Source: a bacterium
GTDB taxonomy: Bacteria > Patescibacteriota > Minisyncoccia > Moranbacterales > DUUL01
NCBI GenBank assembly: GCA_018675685.1
Contig: JABGXP010000020.1
Coordinates: 37,680 to 101,679 of the forward strand
Length of the DNA: 64,000 nucleotides
Reading direction: 5' to 3'
Part shown: piece by piece, positions 10,443 to 20,112 of the stretch
Position numbering within the stretch: position 1 is the stretch's first letter
Layout: every line of letters begins with the position of its first letter
Position numbers and translations under genes: made by a program
Notes under the pieces: model-generated
Told to the model about the DNA's origin: nothing
The model's input: the letters and a program-made list of their open reading frames with translations, nothing else
The model's database searches: none

Positions 10443-11210
10443 TTAGCTTGTTTCAATTGTCATGGTAATAGGAAGGTGATCAGAAAGCTTATTCCCTAAG
10501 ACCTTAATTTCAAACTTTAGGTCATTTGGGACAAGGAAGAGATCAAGTGCTTTTTGAGGTTTAAAAGAGGGAAAAGTAGCCTGTTTACTTGTAAATTTAA
10601 GTTGGGACTTTTCCATCAAAGAACTAAGTTCAGTGAGTCCTCCGTAGACATTAAAATCTCCACAAATTATTTTTGATTTAACTTTTCCAAATTTTTGCTG
10701 AATTTCTTGAAACTGTTTTGCGCGAATTTTTTTGCTTAATGAAAAATGCATAAAAAAAAGACTAGTTCTATTTGGAAGTTCAACTTCAAGTAGTAGTTTT
10801 TTTGTGCCATTTTCGAGATAGTGTTTTTTGCACGACAATTTCTTTTTTGAAATCACAGCATTTCCTTTCGATTTGAATGGGGGTAACTTACGAAGGAAAC
10901 TGTTTTCTCCATATTTCACTGCGATGTCATGAAATGCATAACTCTCACTCAGCAGAGTTCTTATTTGTTTCCCCTGTTTGATTTCCGTCAGGCAAATCAA
11001 ATCAGGGTTTTCAGTCTTAATTATTGCTTTTAATTCACTTAGTACTTCATCTTCAATTTTTTCCGGTAGAAAAGGGTAGCGGTAAAATTTTGTGAAATAA
11101 TCTTTCATTGAACCATCGAGCTTGGTGCAATAACCAAGATTTAGTAGCAGTATTTTAAATTTTTTCAAATCGTTCATATTTATTTTTGTGAAGCCTTTAA
11201 ATGACTGCAT
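10443..11210 (-). CDS. Endonuclease/exonuclease/phosphatase (EEP) family protein
   Basis: LLNLG, PDLICLTE, GNAVIS, ICGDFN, TFPS, LSDHLP. Confidence 0.9.
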   Translation of the reverse strand: MQSFKGFTKINMNDLKKFKILLLNLGYCTKLDGSMKDYFTKFYRYPFLPEKIEDEVLSELKAIIKTENPDLICLTEIKQGKQIRTLLSESYAFHDIAVKYGENSFLRKLPPFKSKGNAVISKKKLSCKKHYLENGTKKLLLEVELPNRTSLFFMHFSLSKKIRAKQFQEIQQKFGKVKSKIICGDFNVYGGLTELSSLMEKSQLKFTSKQATFPSFKPQKALDLFLVPNDLKFEIKVLGNKLSDHLPITMTIETS

Positions 11211-11255
11211 TTTGAGTTTATGATGAAGAAGAAAGCAAGCTTCAAAAAACTAGGA

Positions 11256-11870
11256 TTATAAACCTTCTTTGCCCAATTTCATTTTAAGAAAGACTTGGTT
11301 ATTATTGTTTCTGTCAAAAAATACAAGTTCTTTCACCTCAATCTTTATTTCTTCTTCTTTTTTTAATAGAGCAATCTTTGTTTTTTGAAAAACTTCTTCA
11401 CCCATATCATTGCCAGCTACTGTGAAATGCGGAGAAAAAAACTCAAAGCAGAAATGATAGCCATGTTCATTGACATATTCTTTTTGTTTTCCTTTGAAAT
11501 TATTATTATTTTCATATTGATCTGGAATCCAAGGATCCTTATATTTAGCTATAATTTTCATGCAACCATCGTGTAATTTTTGCAGAGATAGATTTTTTTC
11601 AATATCTAAAAATATAAGTCTCCAAGGATAAAAGCCATATTTTGATAAACTTAATTTTAATGGGCTGATTGTGTTGCAAAATTTTTGAATTTCTTTTTGG
11701 AGCTTAGAAATATTTTGGTCTTGAATTTTAAAGTCTCCACGAACTGAAAAGTGGGGTTGAAAAGACAATGCATTCCCAGAAGAGCATTGTGAAGAAATTT
11801 CCTCGCTTATTCTCCGAATAATTTCAGAAGAAGCTTTATCTGGTAAACAAGCACAACTTAGAGTTTTCAT
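11256..11870 (-). CDS. 2H phosphoesterase (2'-5' RNA ligase/LigT-like)
   Basis: Two HxS/T motifs: PHFSV and PHFTV. Confidence 0.85.
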   Translation of the reverse strand: MKTLSCACLPDKASSEIIRRISEEISSQCSSGNALSFQPHFSVRGDFKIQDQNISKLQKEIQKFCNTISPLKLSLSKYGFYPWRLIFLDIEKNLSLQKLHDGCMKIIAKYKDPWIPDQYENNNNFKGKQKEYVNEHGYHFCFEFFSPHFTVAGNDMGEEVFQKTKIALLKKEEEIKIEVKELVFFDRNNNNQVFLKMKLGKEGL

Positions 11871-11879
11871 GACGTTTTG

Positions 11880-12377
11880 TTAATTATTTTTTTTCAAATA
11901 TTTTTCAAGTCCAATAATGAGTTGAGGGCTGAATCTATTAGAATTTTCAGTAATTCTTTTTTGTAATCTTTCCAATGATACCCATTGCACAGAATCAATT
12001 TCTTCGGGATCGTAAACAATCTCTTTGTTTGTTTGTGCAGAGAATACAGCATTAAACACCCGATCATTTTTTTCACTTGGAGTTATCTTGAAAAGAAATT
12101 TGAATTTCAAATCAGTCAGTCCAAGTTCTTCTTTGGCTTCTCTTTCGATACACTCCTTATCTGATTCATCCCCCGTTGTTCCACTAACAGAAAATTCATA
12201 GACTCCCGGGAACCATTTTTTTGACACTGATCTTTTTTGGAGCAATAACTCACCTTCGTTATTGAAAAGAAGAAGGACGGAAGAGCGATGGTAGAGTTTA
12301 TCGGTGTAGAAATCTTCTCTTGAGCGCATCCCAATGGAATTGTCATCTTTGTCGATTTCAAGAATTAGTTCCGGCAT
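11880..12377 (-). CDS. NUDIX hydrolase (IDI/YfcD-like subgroup)
   Basis: HRSS..LLLQKRS..KKWFPG, Nudix box ending REAKEELG. Confidence 0.85.
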   Translation of the reverse strand: MPELILEIDKDDNSIGMRSREDFYTDKLYHRSSVLLLFNNEGELLLQKRSVSKKWFPGVYEFSVSGTTGDESDKECIEREAKEELGLTDLKFKFLFKITPSEKNDRVFNAVFSAQTNKEIVYDPEEIDSVQWVSLERLQKRITENSNRFSPQLIIGLEKYLKKNN

Positions 12378-12403
12378 TGTAGAATATTATAAATTATTCA
12401 AAA

Positions 12404-12700
12404 TCATCCATTTAAAAGAAAACCTAGTAAATAGATTATAAAAAATCCACCAATAAAGTAAAGAAATGCTTTCATTCCCGCATCTTTTCCAGCAAAAATA
12501 GCATAGAAAGTGGAGAAGCCGAAACCCAAAAAAATAAAACCAAGAGAAATTGGCAACAAATCTCTTAGATAGTCTATTTTCTTTCCAAAAATTTCAAAGA
12601 AAAAGAAATCAGCGAAGAAAGCAAAGATTGAAAAGATTATCATAAATGCTCCCACGCGCTGGTTGATTTGGTAATCTACCTTCATTTTTGACATAGACAA
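12404..12700 (-). CDS. Small membrane protein, unknown function
   Basis: Three hydrophobic segments; start codon uncertain. Confidence 0.6.
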   Translation of the reverse strand: MSMSKMKVDYQINQRVGAFMIIFSIFAFFADFFFFEIFGKKIDYLRDLLPISLGFIFLGFGFSTFYAIFAGKDAGMKAFLYFIGGFFIIYLLGFLLNG

Positions 12701-13170
12701 ATTTTATATTTATTAAATAGTTACTTATTTGTTGGCTCTTTCAATAGAGATGTTCTACGGATTCATTAGGTCACTTTTGTTTGTTTTCTTTTTTAAACTA
12801 AAATTTCCCCATCCTTCATTATAATTAGCGCAATAATCCCTGCTCTCACGAAAGTGATTTATTATAACTTAGTTATAAATTTTAGATATCTAGCTTTTTA
12901 GCCAAAAGATTCTCTAAGATAAATTCACCGTTTGGATATATTAGCAGTATGCAGTATTTTTATGATTCTTACCATTGACTTTACCCCCATTTCAAAGTAA
13001 GATTGGCTTAGATAAGTCCTATAAAAAGAATTTTTAGAATTGCTAGAACTTTAATCCTAAGGGGTAAAAAAGTTTCTCTATTATACCAATAATTGGTCTA
13101 CATTCGCAAATAAAATTGACGATTGTAGCGTAGAGAGTGCTAATGAAATTTGAGAAATTATAGACACAAA

Positions 13171-14955
13171 ATGAAGAATATCAGAAATTTTTGTATCATT
13201 GCGCATATTGATCACGGAAAGTCTACTTTAGCAGACCGTCTCTTGGAGATGACCGAGACGGTTGAAAAAAGAAAGATCTCTGAGCAGATGATGGACACCA
13301 TGGAGCTTGAACAGGAAAGAGGGATCACTATCAAGTTGCAACCAGCAACAATGAAGTATGGCGAATACACCTTGAATTTGATTGACACACCAGGTCATGT
13401 TGATTTTGGCTACGAAGTCTCTCGTTCTTTAGCGGCAGTGGAAGGTGCAGTTCTGTTGGTGGATTGTACACAAGGAGTACAAGCTCAGACTCTTGCAAAT
13501 CTATATCAAGCGATTGATCAGGATCTGGAAATTATCCCAGTGCTCAACAAAATAGACTTGCCAAATGCTGATATTGAGAAAACTAAGAAAGAAATTGTTC
13601 ACATTCTTGGCTGTAACCCCGACGACATTCTTTGTGTTAGTGGTAAGACTGGCGAAGGCGTTGAAAAGCTTTTGGAAGAAATTATTGAAAAAGTACCAGT
13701 TCCGGAAGGAAGACCGGAAGCACCTCTTCGAGCGATGATTTTCGATTCCAAATATGATTCATATAAAGGAGTTTTAGCATATGTAAGAATTGTCGATGGA
13801 GCTGTGAAGGCAGAAGATGACATTCGTCTTATGGTTGGTGGTAGAGATGCTCACATTATTGAAGTTGGAAAGTTCACACCAGCGCTTGAAAAATTGGATT
13901 TATTGAGTACAGGTGATATCGGATATATTGCGACTGGACTCAAAAGCGTTGATCAATGTAAGGTTGGTGACACAATTAGCTTCCAAACGAGCGTGAAAAA
14001 GGAAGAAGTAAAAACTCTACCAGGATACAAAGATGTGAGGCCAATGGTTTATGCAAGTTTTTATCCAACTGATGGAGAGGACTATAATCAATTTCGTGAT
14101 GCACTTGATAAATTGAAATTAAATGACGCAGCTTTAGTTTTTGAAGGGGAGAGCTCTATGGCTTTAGGTAGAGGCTTTCGGATTGGTTTTTTGGGGCTTT
14201 TGCACTTGGAGATCATTCGAGAACGACTCTTGAGAGAGTTTAATTTTGAACCGGTTATCACAACCCCGAGTGTTGTGTATGAAATTGTGCTTTCTAATGG
14301 AGAAGAGAAGAAGATTTACGCAGCAGCCGAAATGCCTGAGGCTAATGCAATTAAAGAGATTCGTGAGCCACATGTGAAATTAGACATCATTACCCCTTCT
14401 CAATATCTGGGCAATGTAATGGAGCTTGTCAGGAATGTGACAAGAGCTAAATATCTAAGCACAGAATATATTGATGAGACAAGACTAGTGCTTTCTTTTG
14501 ATGCGCCACTAGCGGAAGTGATCGTGAATTTACATGATGGAATTCAATCTGCTACCAGCGGATTTGCATCTTTTTCTTATGAAATGACAGGGTATGTGCC
14601 TGCTGATCTTGTTAGGATGGATATCTATGTAGCTGAGGAAAAAATTGAAGCATTTTCACAAATCGTGCCAAAAGAAAACGTTAACACTGAGGGGAATAGA
14701 ATTGTAAAAAAACTGAAAGATGTGATCCCTCGACAGAATTTTTTAGTTAAATTACAGGCTGCAATTGGTGGAAAATTCGTGGGACGTGAGAACATAACGC
14801 CGTATCGAAAAGATGTGACAGGACATCTCTATGGTGGTGACATTACTCGAAAAAGAAAACTTTTGGAAAAACAGAAAAGAGGGAAAAAGAGAATGAAGGG
14901 CGCAGGAAAAGTAGATATTCCACAAAAAGCATTTTTGGAAGTTTTGAAACGATAG
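13171..14955 (+). CDS. lepA: Elongation factor 4 (LepA)
   Basis: IRNFCIIAHIDHGKSTLADR, DTPGH, NKID, LYGGDITRKRKLLEKQK; ATG at 13171 preferred over TTG 13150. Confidence 0.98.
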   Translation: MKNIRNFCIIAHIDHGKSTLADRLLEMTETVEKRKISEQMMDTMELEQERGITIKLQPATMKYGEYTLNLIDTPGHVDFGYEVSRSLAAVEGAVLLVDCTQGVQAQTLANLYQAIDQDLEIIPVLNKIDLPNADIEKTKKEIVHILGCNPDDILCVSGKTGEGVEKLLEEIIEKVPVPEGRPEAPLRAMIFDSKYDSYKGVLAYVRIVDGAVKAEDDIRLMVGGRDAHIIEVGKFTPALEKLDLLSTGDIGYIATGLKSVDQCKVGDTISFQTSVKKEEVKTLPGYKDVRPMVYASFYPTDGEDYNQFRDALDKLKLNDAALVFEGESSMALGRGFRIGFLGLLHLEIIRERLLREFNFEPVITTPSVVYEIVLSNGEEKKIYAAAEMPEANAIKEIREPHVKLDIITPSQYLGNVMELVRNVTRAKYLSTEYIDETRLVLSFDAPLAEVIVNLHDGIQSATSGFASFSYEMTGYVPADLVRMDIYVAEEKIEAFSQIVPKENVNTEGNRIVKKLKDVIPRQNFLVKLQAAIGGKFVGRENITPYRKDVTGHLYGGDITRKRKLLEKQKRGKKRMKGAGKVDIPQKAFLEVLKR

Positions 14956-15028
14956 AGCTTTTGCTTTGTCGTTTTTTTTCTTAATATCAAAAATAAGTGA
15001 GATAAAAATTTAAAATAAAAAGCTAAAA

Positions 15029-16540
15029 ATGTTCAAGGATTACAACCGACCAAATTATTCAAAAAGTGATCAACCAAAAGAAAATCGACGAAGGGAGGTC
15101 CCTGGTGAAAAGAAGATGGGGAGACGAACCTTCCTAAAAGCCACAGCTCTGATTGGCGCTAGTTTGGGGATTGGTAAATTCGCAATGAATCTTTTTGATG
15201 ATAAGGAAGTGGAGGATGACAATGAACAAGAAAGACTTGAAAAAGGTGAGCCAAGAGAAGAGTTGGCGACAGAAGGTCAACTGGAGATTGAGCGAGATGA
15301 TGAAAACATTATTGGTAGCACAATTGAAGAGCAGTTGAAGAAGAGCGAAAAAGTGACATTGAATATTGAAACTAAGAATGCTCTTCGCAAGAAATGGAAA
15401 GAAAGTTATGCAAAGAAACCAGTTGATTGTCCTGCAGAAGATAAGGAAACTGGGAGAAATCATCTTGGGCTCTTGCAATCAATGGAAAGAATGCAACCTT
15501 GGATTGCGGATATCAAAGCTGAATTTAGAAAAATTGGTGTTCCAGAGAAATTTGCATATCTTGCAATCCCAGAATCACATTTTGACGTCAATGGTAACTC
15601 CAGAGCGATGGCTAAGGGTCCGTATCAGTTTACAAAAGAAACTGCAAAGCTTTTCGAACTATCTGTTGGAAATGGAATTGATGAGCGTTGTGACCCAATC
15701 CAGAGCGCTAGAGCCTGTGCTGAACATTTAAAATATAGCTATGGAAGATTTAATGATGACTGGGAACTAGCCTTTGCCGACTATAATGGTGGTTTTACGA
15801 ATGATTATGCCAAGTTTCGTCCCAAGAAAGCAGATAGAAATTATGAAGATTATTTAGCTTGGCGAGAAGGGAGAATCAATAATTATATCGCAAAAGACCA
15901 CTATCAGCACAAGGTGAAGAAGAGCGACCAGAATCTAACAAAAATTTCTAGATTCTACGGAATTTCAGTTGCTGATATTATGGAAGCAAACGAGATGAAG
16001 GATGACCAAATCAATATTGGACAAGAATTGAAAATTCCAGCAACAACTTCTGTTAAAATGTTTAAATTGCGCGATTCCTTGGAGAATTTAAACTATCCAG
16101 AAAAATTCTATGCGGTGCTAGATGTAATTGAAGAAGAAGAACTGGAAAAACAGTTTCCTTCATCGCCAGTACAGTTCAATGTAGAAGAAGTTCCTAGGAT
16201 TAAAACAACAGATTTTTCATATAAAGTGAAAAAAGGAGATGGATTGTTTGCTATCGCAAGAAGGATCAAATCTGCAGCAGAAAAGAAAAGTTCCAAGATG
16301 AATCTTTCCATTTTACAGGTTCAGCGGTTTATCCAAGAACAAAACAAGATATCAAATCCTGGGAAAATATATCAGGGGCAGGAATTGAAAGTCAAATTGC
16401 CCTTAGAAGGAGGGGTCTCTCTTAACAAGATTGCACATGATCGCAGAATGTTGATTAAGGATTTGGAGTATTTAAACCCAGCCATTGTTGATTCGAAAGA
16501 AATTTTGTCTATAGGGAGGATTATTAGAACTCCAAAATAA
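15029..16540 (+). CDS. Lytic transglycosylase (MltD-like SLT) with LysM domains
   Basis: LAIPES catalytic motif, AKGPYQF, DERCDP, DYNGG; LysM-like repeats (KVKK..NLTKISRFYG..IGQELKIP; YKVKKGDGLFAIA..IYQGQEL); RRTFLK before a TM. Confidence 0.85.
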   Translation: MFKDYNRPNYSKSDQPKENRRREVPGEKKMGRRTFLKATALIGASLGIGKFAMNLFDDKEVEDDNEQERLEKGEPREELATEGQLEIERDDENIIGSTIEEQLKKSEKVTLNIETKNALRKKWKESYAKKPVDCPAEDKETGRNHLGLLQSMERMQPWIADIKAEFRKIGVPEKFAYLAIPESHFDVNGNSRAMAKGPYQFTKETAKLFELSVGNGIDERCDPIQSARACAEHLKYSYGRFNDDWELAFADYNGGFTNDYAKFRPKKADRNYEDYLAWREGRINNYIAKDHYQHKVKKSDQNLTKISRFYGISVADIMEANEMKDDQINIGQELKIPATTSVKMFKLRDSLENLNYPEKFYAVLDVIEEEELEKQFPSSPVQFNVEEVPRIKTTDFSYKVKKGDGLFAIARRIKSAAEKKSSKMNLSILQVQRFIQEQNKISNPGKIYQGQELKVKLPLEGGVSLNKIAHDRRMLIKDLEYLNPAIVDSKEILSIGRIIRTPK

Positions 16541-16615
16541 TTTCATAATAAAAATATCTAACGCCTGTGTTGGTAGCCGTGATTTTTTCGGTTAATACAA
16601 TCTCTAAACAAAAAA

Positions 16616-16656
16616 AGAAAGTAGTCTAGGCCAAATTTGGCTCAGACTACTTTTCT
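16616..16656. terminator. Terminator hairpin between convergent genes
   Basis: AGAAAGTAGTCT..GCCAAATTTGGC..AGACTACTTTTCT. Confidence 0.6.
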
Positions 16657-16657
16657 G

Positions 16658-17014
16658 CTACGCAGCTCGGGTAAAAAGTTCCCCCGACTTCTTCAGGACA
16701 CCCCTTTCAGTATGAATTGAGAGGACTTGAGGGTGACCGTTTGAATCAATTTCTTGTTCAGGCAAAAGCTCAACTTTAAAGGCCATAAATGGTCCATCGC
16801 CATAGAACGATTGAGCTTTTTTGATCTCTCCGACCAGTTTCTCAAGGGACGCCATTCTTTTCTTGAAGTAAGTCGTAATATTGTCCCCAGCCACATCTTT
16901 CCGTATTAGAGTGGTTTTCATTTGTTCAAGGCACTCCTGGACGTCAGTTCTGAAATTAACAAAATTTTGTTGTCCAAAAACCTCATACTCATTTTTGTCG
17001 ATTACTTTGCTCAT
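16658..17014 (-). CDS. Hypothetical protein
   Basis: 118-aa ORF with GAGGAG SD, upstream TTGACA, downstream hairpin; no recognised motif. Confidence 0.65.
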   Translation of the reverse strand: MSKVIDKNEYEVFGQQNFVNFRTDVQECLEQMKTTLIRKDVAGDNITTYFKKRMASLEKLVGEIKKAQSFYGDGPFMAFKVELLPEQEIDSNGHPQVLSIHTERGVLKKSGELFTRAA

Positions 17015-17176
17015 TTTTGTCTCCTCAAAGCTGCTATTGATTGAAAAAAGTGCTACTCACAGGTGAATATATTAGTATAATGTCATAAATATGTTATTTT
17101 GTCAAGAAAAATAAAAAGAAGCACAGAGCTTCTTTTGGAAAAGTTCAAAATGTTTTTAATTCAACCTCGATGGTTT

Positions 17177-17575
17177 TTAGATTTCAATAAATCCAAAATG
17201 TTTGAGAACTGGTGCAATGTTGGGCGCCACCCCTTCCTTTTCTAGTTTTTCAAGTGAAATCCAATCCCACTCCCGAACTTCTTCACCTGGAACAACCTCA
17301 CCAATCCTTTTCGAGAGAAAATGGACCAAAATCACATCAAGGATACCTTTTGGAGTTTCTTTTTTCGTGTAGAAGAGCAAAGGGTTTTCATCGAGAATTT
17401 CAATCTCGATTCCCAGCTCCTCCTTTGATCTTCTGATAGCAGTTTCAACTAAAGTCTCTCCCTCTTTTTGTTTCCCCCCACAAAACTTCCAAAATCTATC
17501 ATCACCTTGTCTATCAAGGAGTACTTTGTTTTCTTCAACAATGACTGGCCCTGACACAATGATTACTTTTTGCAT
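17177..17575 (-). CDS. NUDIX hydrolase
   Basis: WKFCGGKQKEGETLVETAIRRSKEELG Nudix box. Confidence 0.9.
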   Translation of the reverse strand: MQKVIIVSGPVIVEENKVLLDRQGDDRFWKFCGGKQKEGETLVETAIRRSKEELGIEIEILDENPLLFYTKKETPKGILDVILVHFLSKRIGEVVPGEEVREWDWISLEKLEKEGVAPNIAPVLKHFGFIEI

Positions 17576-17618
17576 AGTCTTTGTGTTAATGGTTATGAAA
17601 AATATTTAAAATATTAAA

Positions 17619-19211
17619 TTATAACTTCTTTGTCATATATTCATTTTCAAGTTTATAGTCAAACTTTTTATAATACTCCCTAACCCCAACTCCCGAGATA
17701 ATCGCAATTTTTTCAAAACCAAACTCTTCTTTGCTAATAGACTCTGCTTTTTGAAGAAGCTTTCTCCCAAGACCGATATGTTGAGGTGACGAAGAATCCG
17801 TTTTATCTATTTTAGCAAGTTTTCCAAAAGTATGCACCTCTCGAATAAGAGCACTACCTGAAAGTGCTGGAATTATAGTTTCTAATGGATTGTTTTTTGG
17901 AGGAATACGAAGCCGTAACATAGCATATAGCTTCATTTTGTTTGGCGAAACGTATTGCAGGAAAATTTCTTTTCCCTTTGACGCCTTATAATCAATTCTG
18001 TCTAGAATGATTTTATCCTTTTTTGTAAAATCATCACGAACCTCGCGACAGCGGATGCACTCACAATGCACTTTTTCTTGTTGTAGAATTTGTCTCATAT
18101 TTGAAATATTTGGACCAGCTATAATTGATTCTTCTGGAATATCACGGATGAGACGAGTTATTCTTGTGTATTGTGGAATGATCGGTTTTATTTTTTTAAG
18201 TAACTGTTTGTTTTGAGAGTTAGTCAGTGGTGTATATTTTCCTTGTCTCCAAAGAGAAAAAAGTTCAGAATTGTTAGTAACGACACAAGGATATATCTTT
18301 ATTAGATCTGGAGCGAAGCGTTCATCAGAAAAGAGGGTTTTAAACATCATAAAATCTTTCTTCACATTGCTGCCATACATCCCAGGCATCAAATGATAAT
18401 TAACTTTAAATCCAGCATTCTTTAAAAGAGCAGTTGCCTTGGTCGTTGCTAGCGTGAGATGTCCACGTTTGTTTTTCTTTAAAACATCATCGAAAATAGT
18501 TTGAACACCAATTTCCACTCTTGTTGCACCAAATCTTCTGAATTTCAGAAGTTCTTTAGGTGTAATGAAATCCTGTCTAGTTTCTAAAGTAAGTCCAATG
18601 ATACGATTTTTTGCTTTTTCATTTCTGCTTTTTTCCTTTTCCAGAGAAACGCTTCCTTTTTTTTGTAATGAATTGCGCGGAAAATCGTTAGCTGCTCGGA
18701 AGCACTCTTTGATGAACCAAGATTGATATTGCGGAGGAAAGTGAGAAAATGTTCCTCCCATCACTATCAATTCGAGCTTATCAGTAGAGTGTCCATTAAG
18801 AGATAGCGCTCGCATTCTCGCATGCACTTGCTTGTATGGGTGAAAGCTTGTTTTAATGGCTCGCATCACAGCTGGCTCATTCGAAAGATAACTTTTCGGC
18901 ATGTTTTTTTCAGAGGGGCAGTAGATGCATTTTCCAGGACAGCTACTCGGCTTTGTTAAAACCGCAATAACCGCAACTCCTGACAGAGTGCGAATTTTTT
19001 TTGTAATAAGTAGTTTTCTGAGTGTTTCATTGGATCGCACTTCTCCTTTTTTGATCATTTCAAAATACACCTTATTAATTTCGGCATTTTTAATGAAAAC
19101 CTCCTTTTCTTCGATTGCGAATTCCTTCTTAATTTTCTCCAAAGATTTAATATCCGACAAAGGCGCGGAGAGAGCTTTCAAAATAAACTTTTTTATGTTA
19201 GATTTCTTCAT
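17619..19211 (-). CDS. elp3: Elp3 radical SAM/GNAT tRNA U34 carboxymethyltransferase
   Basis: RTLSGVAVIAV, CPGKCIYCP, PKSY, MGGTF, KIYP, CIRCRE, IREVH, QHIGLG, ISGVGVREYY. Confidence 0.93.
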   Translation of the reverse strand: MKKSNIKKFILKALSAPLSDIKSLEKIKKEFAIEEKEVFIKNAEINKVYFEMIKKGEVRSNETLRKLLITKKIRTLSGVAVIAVLTKPSSCPGKCIYCPSEKNMPKSYLSNEPAVMRAIKTSFHPYKQVHARMRALSLNGHSTDKLELIVMGGTFSHFPPQYQSWFIKECFRAANDFPRNSLQKKGSVSLEKEKSRNEKAKNRIIGLTLETRQDFITPKELLKFRRFGATRVEIGVQTIFDDVLKKNKRGHLTLATTKATALLKNAGFKVNYHLMPGMYGSNVKKDFMMFKTLFSDERFAPDLIKIYPCVVTNNSELFSLWRQGKYTPLTNSQNKQLLKKIKPIIPQYTRITRLIRDIPEESIIAGPNISNMRQILQQEKVHCECIRCREVRDDFTKKDKIILDRIDYKASKGKEIFLQYVSPNKMKLYAMLRLRIPPKNNPLETIIPALSGSALIREVHTFGKLAKIDKTDSSSPQHIGLGRKLLQKAESISKEEFGFEKIAIISGVGVREYYKKFDYKLENEYMTKKL

Positions 19212-19240
19212 AGAGACATTGAATAGATTAAGTAAAGAAA

Positions 19241-19933
19241 ATGAATAAACATTCTGAAATTAGAAAGGAGTTGAGAAAGTTTTATGATCAGGTGGCTGAA
19301 AATTTTTCAAGCACCAGGAAATATTGGTGGAGAGACCTTCACTTTATCAAAAAATATTTAAAAAGGGAAGGGAAGGTGCTAGATTTTGGCTGCGGAAATG
19401 GGCGGTTGCTGGATTTTCTCGAAGGAACAAAATTGAACTATACAGGAATTGACGCCTCAGGAAAATTAATTAAAATAGCTCAAAAAAAATATCCAGGCAA
19501 ATCTTTTTTGCAAATCGAAAATGAAGGGAGATTACCCTTTAAAGATAAAGAGTTTGACATGATTTTTTCCATCGCTGTTTTCCATCACTTTACACCAAAA
19601 ATGGCTGACAATGCCTTGGGAGAAATGAAAAGAATTTTGAAAGATGACGGAATTTTGATTTTAACAATTTGGAATCTTTGGAATGTGAAATATTTGAAAT
19701 TTCTATTCAAAAGTTTTTTAAAGGGAAGCATCAACTTGGCTGCAAGGATATCTTTTAAATACCAAGATCAGATTAAATGGAGATTTTGTTATTGGTGGAC
19801 GAAAAGGGGGATTTTGAAAAAAATGAATAATTTTGAATTTAAAATTATTGAGAGTGGTTTTACGTTTGGTCAAAAGAAGAAAACAAAAGAGAAGTTCAAG
19901 CGAAATATCTTTATTGTGGCAGGGAAAAAGTAG
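19241..19933 (+). CDS. Class I SAM methyltransferase, Trm9/ALKBH8-like
   Basis: YDQVAENFSSTR, VLDFGCGNGR, FDMIFSIAVFHH, LILTIW. Confidence 0.8.
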   Translation: MNKHSEIRKELRKFYDQVAENFSSTRKYWWRDLHFIKKYLKREGKVLDFGCGNGRLLDFLEGTKLNYTGIDASGKLIKIAQKKYPGKSFLQIENEGRLPFKDKEFDMIFSIAVFHHFTPKMADNALGEMKRILKDDGILILTIWNLWNVKYLKFLFKSFLKGSINLAARISFKYQDQIKWRFCYWWTKRGILKKMNNFEFKIIESGFTFGQKKKTKEKFKRNIFIVAGKK

Positions 19934-20112
19934 TCTTTAAAAAGTATTTTTTCTGAGAATTTAGAAATAAAAAAGAGGCAAAAAAAGTTTTTATAATATT
20001 GAGATTTATGGTACACTATTAAGTGAAACCTATGCAGTGTGTGTCAGTTGTAAAAGACTGGTATTTTGTGTAGTAAAAACATAAACAAAAATAGAATTAT
20101 CATAATTACGCA

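Noticed and set aside
11880-12377. Calling this NUDIX an isopentenyl-diphosphate isomerase to link it with dxs
   Set aside because: The catalytic Cys motif of type 1 IDI is absent (SVSGT).
13117-13143. GAGTGCTAA upstream of lepA as a second CIRCE
   Set aside because: Only the right arm matches; the left-arm position reads TGACGATTG.
12701-13170. Possible pseudogene or ncRNA in the long intergenic region before lepA
   Set aside because: Only short interrupted frames and a plausible promoter (TTGACT-17-TAAGAT at 12975-13003); no convincing homology or structure by eye.
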